This document shows, one piece after another, positions 14,953 through 23,703 of a stretch of 24,000 nucleotides of DNA. This stretch comes from Embleya sp. NBC_00888 (GTDB lineage Bacteria; Actinomycetota; Actinomycetes; Streptomycetales; Streptomycetaceae): NCBI RefSeq assembly GCF_045207655.1, contig NZ_CP108784.1, positions 230,016-254,015 of the forward strand. The letters run 5' to 3'. The position numbers and the translations under genes were made by a program. Below the pieces are notes generated by a model. That model did not search any database and was not told the DNA's origin. It was given only the letters and a program-made list of their open reading frames with translations. Each line of letters starts with the position of its first letter. Within the stretch, counting starts at the first letter, position 1.

Positions 14953-17043
14953 ATGCCGCATCGTGGCGTCAAGTTCGCGCACTTCGTCATCCTGGCGTTC
15001 TCCCCCCTGTTTTCCTTTCTGTTCCTCAAGAGCTTCGAAGAGCAGTGGACCCTGGGCTACGACACGGTCGTCCAGGTCACCGAGTCGCGGGACACCAGCA
15101 CCAGCCAAGCCGTAGTGCAAGCCATCGAGACCTTCGCCCGCGACCATGACGTCACCGTGGGTCGGCAGGAGGTCGACCTGAAACAGCCGGACCGCAGCCG
15201 TGACCTCTACCTCACCGTGGCCGGCCCCCGCGCGAACTGGCTCGATGGCGGCTATCCGGCGTTCAACCCCGGACAGCCCACCAGGACCCGACCGCTCACC
15301 GACCTCTCCAATCGCGACCCGCAGGGCCTGTACTACCTCTTCGGCGATCCCAACGCCGTCGGACCCTTCCTCGAACTGCTGGAGCAGCACGGCCTCATCA
15401 CACGGCACGTCGAGCCGACCTCCTTCGACCAGCTCTCCCTTGCCTACGACGGCAGCGCCCTGGTCGGATCCCTCGTCGTCGTCGCACTGGCCTGCTTCAC
15501 CATGACCGGCGCCGGCGTTCTGCTCAGCGCCAAGTCCTACGGAGTGCTGCGTTTGCAGGGCATGTCCCTGCCCGCGATCCTGGCCCGCGACCTACGCCGC
15601 CTCGCGCGCTTCTGGACCACTGCCCTCGTCGTCGTGGCGGTCGCCGCAACCGGGCTGCTCGGCTGGTACAACCACCTTGCCTGGTTCGGCCTGTTCGCCA
15701 TCGTCACCGCCGCAACGGCTGCGGCGTTCACCGCGCTCGTCCTCGCCGTCCACGCCGCGACTCTCGCACTGACCGCACGCATCGGTGTCCTGGCCGCCCT
15801 CAAGGGCGAGATCCCTGCCCGCGCCGCAGCCGTCGCGTCCTATCTCGTGCGTGTGCCCGCGCTCCTGCTCACCTTGGGAATCGCCGCCACGGTCCTGCAG
15901 GCCGGACAGGATCTGGTCCGCCGTGAGGACACTCTGGGCGTGTACGAGAAGGCGGGCGACGCCTCCTCCATCCGCCTCAGCGGCGCCCTCGGAGGCCCGG
16001 ACGAAGTGACAAAGATGGAGGCGAAAATCGGCCCGTGGCTCCGTCAGGCCGACGCCGACGGCCGGATCGTTCTCGCCGGCCACATTGACCTTGCACGCTC
16101 AAGCGAAGCCCAGATGCTCCCTGCGAAACATCTGATGGTCGTCAACGAGACCTTCCTCGAACAGCAAAAGATCCTGGCCCCGGACGGCCACCGCTACCCC
16201 GCCACCAGAGGCCGCGACGGCCGCATCCTCCTTCTTGTCCCCGAGCACCTGGCGCCGTACACCGACAAGCTCACCACCCTGGTGCCGAGCATCGTCACCC
16301 CGTCCGATCCAGGCCGGATCACACCCGGGCAGATCGACGTTCGGCCCAGCGCAGACAGCCAGAAAATCTTCACCTACAACGCCCGCGGCGCCCGCCAAGC
16401 GGGGCGGGACCGGCCCTCGGACGCGTCCTTCCTCACCGACCCCGTCATCGTCGTCGTCCCCAACGGCACCGACTACATCACCGACATGGATTACACCGCC
16501 TACGCCTCCCAGCGCAGGATTGTCTTCCCGGACTCCGCCGACATCACCGCCGGCATCGACGCTCACGATCTGCGCGATGAAATCATCGGCACCAGCCCCG
16601 TCGCCGCCGACGCGGCCCAGGCCATCCGCGAAATCACCGCCGACTTACGCCTGAGAGTGTTCAACCTGGCCATCGCCCTCATGGTTCTGCTCGTCACCGG
16701 AATCGGCGTCGTCATCGTCCACACCCGCCACAACGCCCAGCGGATCTTCGCCCGGCACATCCACGGCTGGACATTCGCCGCGACCCACCGCACTCTCCTG
16801 GCCGCGGAAGCCGCGATCGTCGCCCTGCTCGTCTCCTGGATCCCCTACCAGGTCCACAAATCCAACCAGGGTCTCGAACGGTACAAGGCCATAGGCATCC
16901 CCCCACCCCGCGACCCCACGACCATCACCGGTCAGGACCTGACCGCCATCGCCTGCCTTGTCGCGGTCGAGATCACCGTCATCCTGCTTGTCCTGACCTT
17001 CTTCCACCGCCGTGTCGTCAAGGAAGGATCGACCGAAGCGTGA
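14953..17043 (+). CDS. Bacteriocin-associated integral membrane protein (DUF1430 / Lcn972-operon putative immunity-transport permease)
   Basis: 696 aa. There is an N-terminal TM (FAHFVILAFSPLFSFLFL), a soluble domain of about 140 aa, a cluster of TM helices (about 15440-15900), a second soluble domain of about 230 aa, then three C-terminal TM helices. This is the topology of the large membrane protein encoded next to lcn972-type genes. Its stop overlaps the next gene's start (GTGA). Confidence 0.8.
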   Translation: MPHRGVKFAHFVILAFSPLFSFLFLKSFEEQWTLGYDTVVQVTESRDTSTSQAVVQAIETFARDHDVTVGRQEVDLKQPDRSRDLYLTVAGPRANWLDGGYPAFNPGQPTRTRPLTDLSNRDPQGLYYLFGDPNAVGPFLELLEQHGLITRHVEPTSFDQLSLAYDGSALVGSLVVVALACFTMTGAGVLLSAKSYGVLRLQGMSLPAILARDLRRLARFWTTALVVVAVAATGLLGWYNHLAWFGLFAIVTAATAAAFTALVLAVHAATLALTARIGVLAALKGEIPARAAAVASYLVRVPALLLTLGIAATVLQAGQDLVRREDTLGVYEKAGDASSIRLSGALGGPDEVTKMEAKIGPWLRQADADGRIVLAGHIDLARSSEAQMLPAKHLMVVNETFLEQQKILAPDGHRYPATRGRDGRILLLVPEHLAPYTDKLTTLVPSIVTPSDPGRITPGQIDVRPSADSQKIFTYNARGARQAGRDRPSDASFLTDPVIVVVPNGTDYITDMDYTAYASQRRIVFPDSADITAGIDAHDLRDEIIGTSPVAADAAQAIREITADLRLRVFNLAIALMVLLVTGIGVVIVHTRHNAQRIFARHIHGWTFAATHRTLLAAEAAIVALLVSWIPYQVHKSNQGLERYKAIGIPPPRDPTTITGQDLTAIACLVAVEITVILLVLTFFHRRVVKEGSTEA

Positions 17044-17711
17044 TCGACCTGACCGGGCTGTCCAAGTCCTTCGGCCCCCGTACCCTGTGGCAGGACCTGA
17101 CCTTCACCATCGAAACCAAGCGTCTCCTCGCTCTCACCGGCCCCAGCGGATCCGGCAAGTCCACCCTCCTCAACTGCCTCGGGCTCCTCGACACCCCCAC
17201 CGTCGGCACAATTCGCCACAACGGCCAGGACATCACCAGGCTCAGCCACCGCAAAGCCCGCCTCTACCGCCGGGACACCCTCGGCTACCTCTTCCAGAGC
17301 TATGCCCTGATCGACAACGCCACCATCGCCGACAACCTCAGCCTCGCGGCCAAGCCCAGCCGCTCGCTCCGCGCCTCCCGCCCCACACTCGACCAAGCAC
17401 TGGAGCAGGTCGGCCTGGCCGGCCGCGGAGACGACATCGTCCACCGCCTCTCGGGTGGTGAGCAGCAACGCGTCGCTCTCGCCCGCCTCATCGTCAAGCA
17501 ACCCGCCCTCGTGCTGGCCGACGAGCCCACTGGTGCCCTCGACCCCGACAACACCCGCACGGTCATCGCCATCCTTCGCTCCCTGGCCGACACCGGCTGT
17601 GCCGTAGTGATCGCCACCCACGACCCCACCGTCCGGGACCTGTGCGACAGCGTCCTCCAAGTGGGCATCGACACCCATCCTCACCTCGTCAAGGAGAGCA
17701 CCACTGCATGA
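17040..17711 (+). CDS. ABC transporter ATP-binding protein (lactococcin-972-group type by context)
   Basis: Walker A GPSGSGKST, Q-loop LFQS, signature LSGGEQQRVALAR, Walker B LVLADEPTGALD, H-loop ATHD. GTG at 17040 overlaps the upstream TGA (GTGA), which suggests translational coupling. Confidence 0.9.
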   Translation: MIDLTGLSKSFGPRTLWQDLTFTIETKRLLALTGPSGSGKSTLLNCLGLLDTPTVGTIRHNGQDITRLSHRKARLYRRDTLGYLFQSYALIDNATIADNLSLAAKPSRSLRASRPTLDQALEQVGLAGRGDDIVHRLSGGEQQRVALARLIVKQPALVLADEPTGALDPDNTRTVIAILRSLADTGCAVVIATHDPTVRDLCDSVLQVGIDTHPHLVKESTTA

Positions 17712-17744
17712 ATGCGCGTCTCTCCCGGCCTGTCGCCGTCGCCC

Positions 17745-18313
17745 TGGTTGTCGACGCCTTCGGTGCGTCCGTTGTGGTGGGCCAGGTGAGAGCCGCGCTG
17801 ACGGCCTCATGGTCGAGTTCGAGACCGTTCGCGAAGGCGTGCAGGTGGGGAAGGCTGGATGCGCGGACGGCCTCGATCCACGTTGTCAACCCTGTGCCGT
17901 TGCCCGGATTGGGGACAACCCGTTTGGCGACCCCCTCACGAGAACCGCGATTTGCGTCATCTCGGGGCAGACGGCGGTGAGGTCTCGGATGAGTTCGGCA
18001 TCGCTCTCGCGCAGGTTGCCGGGGCGCGTGAGGAAAAGCTGGGCGAAGCGCCTGGGCGTGGTCACGGGCCGGTCGCCTTCGGCGCGTCCTCGGGTGACAG
18101 AGCGGTGGAAAGGGTTGAACCTACCGGTGTAGCCGGCTTCCTCCGCCTGGCCTTCCTCACCCTCGCCACAGCCACAAACGACGACGGCAACTCACCACGT
18201 AGGACTCGCTCCAACCAAGGGCCATACTGCTGTCCGGTGTAGGCGTCGCAATCCACATCGAACCGGGAAGCCCTCGCTCGTTCAACCCCGCACCCCCATG
18301 CGATCCGCACCAA
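17745..18313 (-). pseudogene. ISL3-family transposase remnant (C-terminal part, multiple frameshifts, 5'- and 3'-truncated)
   Basis: Minus-strand pieces lie in different frames. They read DAYTGQQYGPWLERVLRGELPSSFVAVARV...; RFAQLFLTRPGNLRESDAELIRDLTAVCPEMTQIAVLVR; VAKRVVPNPGNGTGLTTWIEAVRASSLPHLHAFANGLELDHEAVSAALTWP; and HNGRTEGVDNQ. Together these follow the ISL3 C-terminal consensus (..cPe...l..Fa.ll......L..Wi.a...s.lP.L..Fa.gl..d..AV.aalt.p.sNG.tEG.N..iK). The homology stops before the expected KMLKRQMYGRA tail. Confidence 0.6.
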
Positions 18314-18578
18314 CCTCCGCAGTCAGTACAACAGGCGAAACAGGCCGACGACCAGGACCACGCGACGAAGGCGACGTATGGCAGTCCGCGCAGCAACATC
18401 GTGGCGGCCATACGCCGCGTAAGGCCGCAGTGGCCGTGGCACCGGGTGGGCCTTTGATGGACCGCCTCCGCATCGAGGCCTCCGGTGGGTGAGTGTCGGC
18501 GGGTCTGGTGCGTTGGAGACCCCTGCGTGCACTTCCCTCCATTGCCCAGCCGACGGCCGAGTGAGTGAACTCCCCGTG

Positions 18579-18597
18579 TATACATCGAATGTATAGT
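18579..18597 (+). promoter_or_regulatory. Palindromic operator overlapping a -10-like hexamer directly upstream of the PadR gene
   Basis: Perfect inverted repeat TATACAT-CGA-ATGTATA (18579-18595). TATAGT (18592-18597) ends 6 nt before ATG 18604, which implies a leaderless or near-leaderless transcript. No convincing -35 was seen. Confidence 0.5.
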
Positions 18598-18603
18598 CAC
18601 GCC

Positions 18604-19137
18604 ATGTCCATCGGCCATACCTTTCTGGGACTGCTCGAACAAGAGCCCCGCCACGTCTACGACCTCAAGCGCACGTTCGACAAGCGCTTCGGGAGCAGTC
18701 GCCCGATCTCGTACGGGCAGGTCCACGCGACGCTGTCCCGCCTGCTGCGCAACGGCCTCGTCGGGGTCGACGCCCTTGAGCCCGGCGCCGGACCCGAGCG
18801 CAAGCGCTACGCGATCACCGACGCGGGTCTGACCGACGTCGAGGAGTGGCTCGCCCGGCCCGAGAAGCCCGAGCCGTACCTCCGGAACACCCTGTACACC
18901 CTGTACACCAAGGTTGTCCTCGCCCTGCTCTCCGGTCGCGCCGCGGCCGAACTGCTGGACACCCGGCGCGCCGAGCACCTGCGGCTGATGCGCGAGCTGA
19001 CCACGCGCAAGCACGCGGGTGACATCGCCGACCAACTCATCCGCGACCACGCGCTGTTCCACCTGGAGGCCGACATCCGCTGGCTCGAACCGACCCGGAC
19101 AAGGCTCGACCGTCTCGCCGCGGAGGTGCAGGCGTGA
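18604..19137 (+). CDS. PadR-family transcriptional regulator
   Basis: MSIGHTFLGLLEQEPRHVYDLKRTFDKRFGSSRPISYGQVHATLSRLLRNGLVGVDALEPGAGPERKRYAITDAGLTDVEEWL is a PadR winged-helix signature (L.lL...p.hGYdl....,...g.iY..L.rL...Glv.......r..rk.Y.iT..G). A C-terminal helical dimerisation region follows. Confidence 0.85.
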   Translation: MSIGHTFLGLLEQEPRHVYDLKRTFDKRFGSSRPISYGQVHATLSRLLRNGLVGVDALEPGAGPERKRYAITDAGLTDVEEWLARPEKPEPYLRNTLYTLYTKVVLALLSGRAAAELLDTRRAEHLRLMRELTTRKHAGDIADQLIRDHALFHLEADIRWLEPTRTRLDRLAAEVQA

Positions 19138-19838
19138 ACGGCACCGAGCCCGGGGCCCTGCTGGCCGCGGCGGACCTGCGCAAGACGTACGGCGCCACAC
19201 CCGCGCTGAACGGCGCCTCGATCGAGATAGACGCCGGCGAGGTCGTCGCCGTGATGGGCCCGTCCGGATCGGGCAAGTCGACGCTGCTGCACTGCCTGGC
19301 GGCGATCGTCGCCCCCGATGGCGGATCGGTCCGGTACGCCGGGCAGGAGTTATCCACGATGTCCGATCGGGGCCGCAGCGCCCTGCGCCGGTCCGACTTC
19401 GGATTCGTGTTCCAGTTCGGGCAGCTCGTGCCCGAACTGACCTGCGGGGAGAACGTCGCGCTGCCGCTGCGCCTGAACGGCGTGCCGCGCCGCCAGGCGA
19501 ACGCACGCGGCCGGGAGTGGCTGGAGCGGTTGGAGGTCGCCGAACTCGCCGACAGGCACCCCGGGGAGGTGTCCGGCGGCCAGGCCCAGCGGGTCGCGGT
19601 GGCCCGCGCGCTGGCCCCCGGGCCACGTGTGGTGTTCGCGGACGAGCCGACCGGCGCGCTCGACTCGCTCACCGGGGAACGTGTGATGCATCTGCTGACC
19701 TCGGCTGCCCGGGAGGGCGGCGCGGCGGTGGTGCTGGTCACCCACGAGACCCGGGTGGCCGCGTACTCCGACCGTGAGGTGGTCGTGCGCGACGGGCGCA
19801 CGCCCACCGCGCGCCGTGTCCCGGCGGCGCGTCCGTGA
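19134..19838 (+). CDS. ABC transporter ATP-binding protein (MacB/FtsE-like subfamily)
   Basis: GGAGGTG SD lies 5 nt before GTG 19134, which overlaps the PadR stop (GTGA). Walker A GPSGSGKST, Q-loop VFQF, signature VSGGQAQRVAVARAL, Walker B VVFADEPTGALD, H-loop VTHE. Confidence 0.9.
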   Translation: MNGTEPGALLAAADLRKTYGATPALNGASIEIDAGEVVAVMGPSGSGKSTLLHCLAAIVAPDGGSVRYAGQELSTMSDRGRSALRRSDFGFVFQFGQLVPELTCGENVALPLRLNGVPRRQANARGREWLERLEVAELADRHPGEVSGGQAQRVAVARALAPGPRVVFADEPTGALDSLTGERVMHLLTSAAREGGAAVVLVTHETRVAAYSDREVVVRDGRTPTARRVPAARP

Positions 19839-22147
19839 GCCACCGGATCTCCCCCACCGCCCACCGGGGCGCGGCCTTCGGGCGGGCTCGCGCGACCGCG
19901 ATGGGCGCGCGTTTCGCCGTCACCCGCGCGTCGTGGCCCCGGACGCTGCTGATGGTTGTCGGCATCGGACTCGGGACCTCGTTACTTCTGCTGGCGTCCG
20001 CACTGCCCGGCATGCTGGAAGCTCGCGAGCGGCGCGGCGCGGCGATCGTGGAAATCGCGAGCAGCCGGCTCACCGCCCCGGGCGAGAACACGCTCGTGAT
20101 CGCCTACGCCAACACCGAATACCGCGACCGGGACGTGCGCGGCCGGCTGGTGCGTGCCGAAGGGTCGCGGCCACCGGTGCCACCGGGGCTGCGGGCGCTG
20201 CCCGGACCGGGCGAGATGGCCGTTTCGCCCGCGCTGGCGCGGCTGCTGGAACGGCATGATGGCGCGCTGCTGCGCGAGCGCCTGCCGTACCGGGTGGTGG
20301 CGACCATCGGCGACGACGGGCTGACCGGCCCGGCCGAGCTCTCCTACTACGCGGGCAGCGCCACGCTGGCCGTCGACGACGGCTCGCGCGTCGACGGCTT
20401 CGGCACACCACGGGGGTCCGCGAGGCTCGATCCGCTGCTGACGCTGCTCGTGGTGACCGCCCTGGTAGTGGTGCTGACGCCGGTGGCGGTGTTCGTGGCG
20501 GTCGCGTCGCGGTTCGGCGCGGACGCGCGCGAGCGGCGGCTCGGGGCCCTGCGCCTGGTCGGCGCCGACCTGTCCACCACCGGGTGGATCGCGGCCGGGG
20601 AGGCCCTCGCGGCGGCGGCGGGCGGCCTGACCGCGGGCCTGGTCCTGTTTTTGCTGGGCCGCCATGTGATCGGCTCGGTGGAGCTGTGGCGGCTGAGCGT
20701 GTTCCCCGCCGACGTGCAGCCCACCCCCGTGCTCGCGGTACTGGTCGTGGCGGCTGTGCCCCTGATAGCGGTGGCGGTGACCCGGGCGGGCCTGCGTAGG
20801 GTCGTGATCGAGCCCCTGGGTGTGGTGCGCCGGGCCCCGCGCCCGCCGCGGCGCGGGTGGCGGATCGTGCCCGGTCTCACCGGCGTCGTGCTGCTGCTGA
20901 CCCTGATGAACGGCGGCGGCACGCGCGGCGGGGGCATGGCGCCGTGGCTCGCCGCCGCCGGGATCGTGCTCATGCTGGTCGGCCTCACCGCGCTGCTGCC
21001 GGGGGGTGTGAGTGCGGTCGCGGCCCGGGGCGGGCGCGGCCCGCTGCCCTGGGTGCTGGCCCGGCGCCGACTGGCCGCCGACGCGGCGGGCTCGACGCGG
21101 CTGGTCGGCGGCGTGACCGTCGCGGTGGCCGGCGCCATCGCGGTGCAGATGCTGCTGGCCGGCCTCGCCGGCACCTTCACCACACCGACCGGCCAGAACC
21201 CGGACCGCGCCGACCTGTTCGTGAGCACGAAGGGCGATCCGGCCGGTGCCACCGCGCTCGCCGCGACCGTCGGCGTACGCTCCGCGTTCACATTCACCGC
21301 AACGTCCGCGCGCGTGCGCGGGGCGGCCGGGGGCAACGAGATACCACTGGTCGTCGGCACGTGCACGGCACTTCGCGAACTCGCCGCAGTGGGCGCGTGC
21401 GCGCCGGGTGACGTGTTCACCGTGGCGTCGCCGTACGGGGAAACGCGGGTCGGGCCGGGCAGCGTGGTGGAGCTGACCATGACCGGTCGCGACGGCCCGG
21501 TGGCGTGGACCGTGCCGCGGTCGGCCACCGAGGTCGCCGCCGCGCCCGATCCGGTGCGCCAGTCGCGATACGGGCTGTTCCTGACGCCGGAGGCGCTGGG
21601 GGCCGCCGGCCGGTCGGCGGCGGGACGGCTGATCGCCTTCGTGCGCCTGGACCCCAACCGCCACGACGCCGCCGACCGGGTGCGCAACACGGCCGCCCGG
21701 ATCGACCCGTCGGCGTCGATCCTTCCCGTGACCGCGACCACCGAGGATCGCATGTTCGCGAACATCCGCCGCGGGCTCCTCGCCGGGGCAACGCTGACGC
21801 TGGGCCTGGTCGCCGCCGGCATGCTCGTGTCGTCGCTGGAGCAGATGCGGGAACGACGGCGCCCGCTGGCCGCGCTTGCCGCGCTCGGCACCCCGCGCCG
21901 CACCATGGCGCTGTCGCTGATGGCCCAGGCCGCGGTGCCGATGGTGCTGGGACTGGCCCTCGCGCTGGCCGGGGGCCTCGGGCTCGGGTCGCTGCTGCTG
22001 GCGGTGTTCGGCGAACGCCCGCGCCTGGACCCGGGATTCGTCGCGTCGGTGACCGCCGCAGGCTGCGCCGCGGTCGTGGCGGTGACGGTGCTGAGCCTGC
22101 CCGCTCTGTGGCGCCTGATGCGACCCGAGGGGCTGCGCATGGAGTGA
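19835..22147 (+). CDS. ABC transporter permease with two FtsX-like domains
   Basis: GTG at 19835 overlaps the ATPase stop (GTGA). 770 aa. There is an N-terminal TM plus an extracytoplasmic domain, then an FtsX block (...FGADARERRLGALRLVGADLSTTGWIAAGEALAAAAGGLTAGL...). A second extracytoplasmic domain follows, then a second FtsX block (...EQMRERRRPLAALAALGTPRRTMALSLMAQAAVPMVLGLALALAGG...). Confidence 0.85.
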   Translation: MSHRISPTAHRGAAFGRARATAMGARFAVTRASWPRTLLMVVGIGLGTSLLLLASALPGMLEARERRGAAIVEIASSRLTAPGENTLVIAYANTEYRDRDVRGRLVRAEGSRPPVPPGLRALPGPGEMAVSPALARLLERHDGALLRERLPYRVVATIGDDGLTGPAELSYYAGSATLAVDDGSRVDGFGTPRGSARLDPLLTLLVVTALVVVLTPVAVFVAVASRFGADARERRLGALRLVGADLSTTGWIAAGEALAAAAGGLTAGLVLFLLGRHVIGSVELWRLSVFPADVQPTPVLAVLVVAAVPLIAVAVTRAGLRRVVIEPLGVVRRAPRPPRRGWRIVPGLTGVVLLLTLMNGGGTRGGGMAPWLAAAGIVLMLVGLTALLPGGVSAVAARGGRGPLPWVLARRRLAADAAGSTRLVGGVTVAVAGAIAVQMLLAGLAGTFTTPTGQNPDRADLFVSTKGDPAGATALAATVGVRSAFTFTATSARVRGAAGGNEIPLVVGTCTALRELAAVGACAPGDVFTVASPYGETRVGPGSVVELTMTGRDGPVAWTVPRSATEVAAAPDPVRQSRYGLFLTPEALGAAGRSAAGRLIAFVRLDPNRHDAADRVRNTAARIDPSASILPVTATTEDRMFANIRRGLLAGATLTLGLVAAGMLVSSLEQMRERRRPLAALAALGTPRRTMALSLMAQAAVPMVLGLALALAGGLGLGSLLLAVFGERPRLDPGFVASVTAAGCAAVVAVTVLSLPALWRLMRPEGLRME

Positions 22148-22553
22148 CCGCCCGGAGGCGGGCCGAGTGCCGACGCCCCGCCGGAAGGTGTACGCGGCAC
22201 GGGAGTCGGGGCATGGCCCCGGCACCGTGCCGTTCGCTCGCTCGCTCGCTACCTGACCGTCCCTCAGGCACCGTGTATCGCCGGGGAACCGGCGGCCGGG
22301 GGCGCTGGACTGCCGACCGCGCCGCGTTCGAGCGCGCCGCACCAGCGAGCGCCCACCCCGGCCGGCGTCCTGCGGACGCCGGCCGCGATCCACCGCCACC
22401 ACCCTGGCGCTTGCCGCCACGTGCGTTGAAGAACCCGACGCGCGACCGGACTGTGTCACGTTGCGTGAGATGGCCTAGTACTCCAGACGCACTTGCCGAT
22501 CTTGGTTCGAGAGTGCGGGAACCAGAGCAGCCACCGCGTGATCCAGGTGAGGT

Positions 22554-22958
22554 GTGTGGACTCAAAAGGATCGTGCGGTGGCTGCGGGTCACAGGATAGA
22601 CCTCGACCGTTGGGCGTCGCTGTTCGGTGTGGTGATGTTGCGGGTCGGGGGTCGGTTCGTCCGAAGTGAACCCCGTTCGGCAGCGAAGGACTTCGTTGCC
22701 GGCTTGCTGTCGACGGTCGAGCGCAAGAACTGCTGGAACCTCGCCGAACATGCGGGTCACGGACGGCCCGACGCGATGCAGCGGCTGTTGCGGTCGGCCC
22801 GCTGGGACTCCGACGCGGTCCAGGGCGACCTCGTCGCCGAGCGTCTCGGGGTTCCCGACGGAATCCTGATCGTGGACGAGACCGGATTCCTGAAGAAGGG
22901 CGTTCACTCGGCCGGCGTCCAACGGCAGTACTCCGGGACCGCGGGGGCTTGTATCTGA
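22554..22958 (+). pseudogene. IS701-family transposase, N-terminal fragment (3'-truncated)
   Basis: RFVRSEPRSAAKDFVAGLLSTVERKNCWNLAEHAGHGRPDAMQRLLRSARWDSDAVQGDLVAERLGVPDGILIVDETGFLKKGVHSAGVQRQYSGTAG matches the IS701 N-terminal consensus (F.R.E.R......gLL....RKN.W.lAE..G...P..mQ.lL....WD.d.v......DETGf.KKG..S.GV.RQYsGTAG). It then ends abruptly (ACI*) before the DDE core. Confidence 0.75.
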
Positions 22959-22965
22959 ATAACTG

Positions 22966-23361
22966 TCAGAGTTGATCCGCCGCGTGGACTTTGTCAGGCA
23001 GGTGGGATCGAATCTGTTCCAGGCTGCGAGCCGGCGATCCGGGCAGTGGTGTGACGACGATGCGGTGCAAGTCCAAGAGGCGGTGGCCGTCCTGGAACTG
23101 GTTGGAAAGGTTGGTGCGGGTGACGCCGAGCAGCTCCGCGAGGAGGGTGCTGGTGATCACCCTGCGGCGGCGTAACAGCGCTGCCAAAAGGCGGTGGTAG
23201 TGGTCCAGGCTGCTGGTCTGCGGGTGGAGGTAACTGCGTGGCCGGTGAAAGCGTCGTTGGAAGGCAGCCTCGGCCATGGCGTCCCAGTACGGTTCGGAAA
23301 CTGCCACCAGGCGTTCGAAGTCGGACCTCGGCATGCCGGTCAGGGCCGGATCGGTGAGCAT
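22966..23361 (-). pseudogene. IS5-like (DDE_Tnp_4-type) transposase-family protein, N-terminal HTH fragment
   Basis: MLTDPALTGMPRSDFERLVAVSEPYWDAMAEAAFQRRFHRPRS...LDHYHRLLAALLRRRRVITSTLLAELLGVTRTNLSNQFQDGHRLLD resembles the N-terminus common in actinobacterial 'transposase family protein' genes (LTGL...eFe.L...l.p.w.........l.l.drLLatLl.lR..lt...LA.LfGV.RsTv...i). No DDE domain follows. It reads in the same frame as the ISAzo13 fragment upstream of it. Confidence 0.45.
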
Positions 23362-23424
23362 CGTGGTCAGGGCGGGGTCGATCCGGCGGGCGGTGATCGG
23401 CATCTCCGGCATTCGGGGCGGGAC

Positions 23425-23691
23425 GGGCGCCAGGGTGTAGTTCCAGTCGCCGTGGAACGCGTCGGGCGTGATCGGCAGGGCTTGGAACTCGGCGGCGGTG
23501 ACGGTCGCGCCCAGGAGGTAGCTGCCGGTGTCCAGCTCGGCGCCGATCGTCAGCCCGGTGCGGGTGGTCGTCGCGGCAATGGTCTCGATGACGACCTGGT
23601 AGCTGGTCAGCGGTCGGCCGCGCCAGTTCGCGGTGATGTGGCAGAACATCCGGTGTTCGATCTTGTTCCACTTCGACGTGCCGGGCCAATG
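23425..23691 (-). pseudogene. ISAzo13-family transposase, C-terminal fragment
   Basis: HWPGTSKWNKIEHRMFCHITANWRGRPLTSYQVVIETIAATTTRTGLTIGAELDTGSYLLGATVTAAEFQALPITPDAFHGDWNYTLAP matches the conserved ISAzo13 C-terminus (PPGTSKWNKIEHRLF..I..NWRG.PL......lI..TTT.tGL.V...LD...Y..G..v.......l.....FHG.WNYt..P). About 300 N-terminal codons are missing; the fragment begins right after the stop of the adjacent IS4-like ORF. Confidence 0.75.
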
Positions 23692-23703
23692 CCGTTGCTT
23701 GAG

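Noticed and set aside
18157-19626. 489-aa minus-strand ORF spanning the PadR and ABC ATPase genes
   Set aside because: It is a low-complexity R/P/G/A translation, while the opposite strand carries unmistakable PadR and Walker A/B/signature motifs.
22234-22250. (TCGC)4 microsatellite
   Set aside because: It is only 17 nt long, lies in non-coding DNA and has no evident phase-variable target gene. It is noted but not considered functional.
19982-22459. 825-aa and 617-aa minus-strand ORFs (19982-22459, 20347-22200)
   Set aside because: They are Arg/Pro/Gly-rich shadows opposite the FtsX permease gene. That gene has clear TM and FtsX motifs and is translationally coupled to its ATPase.
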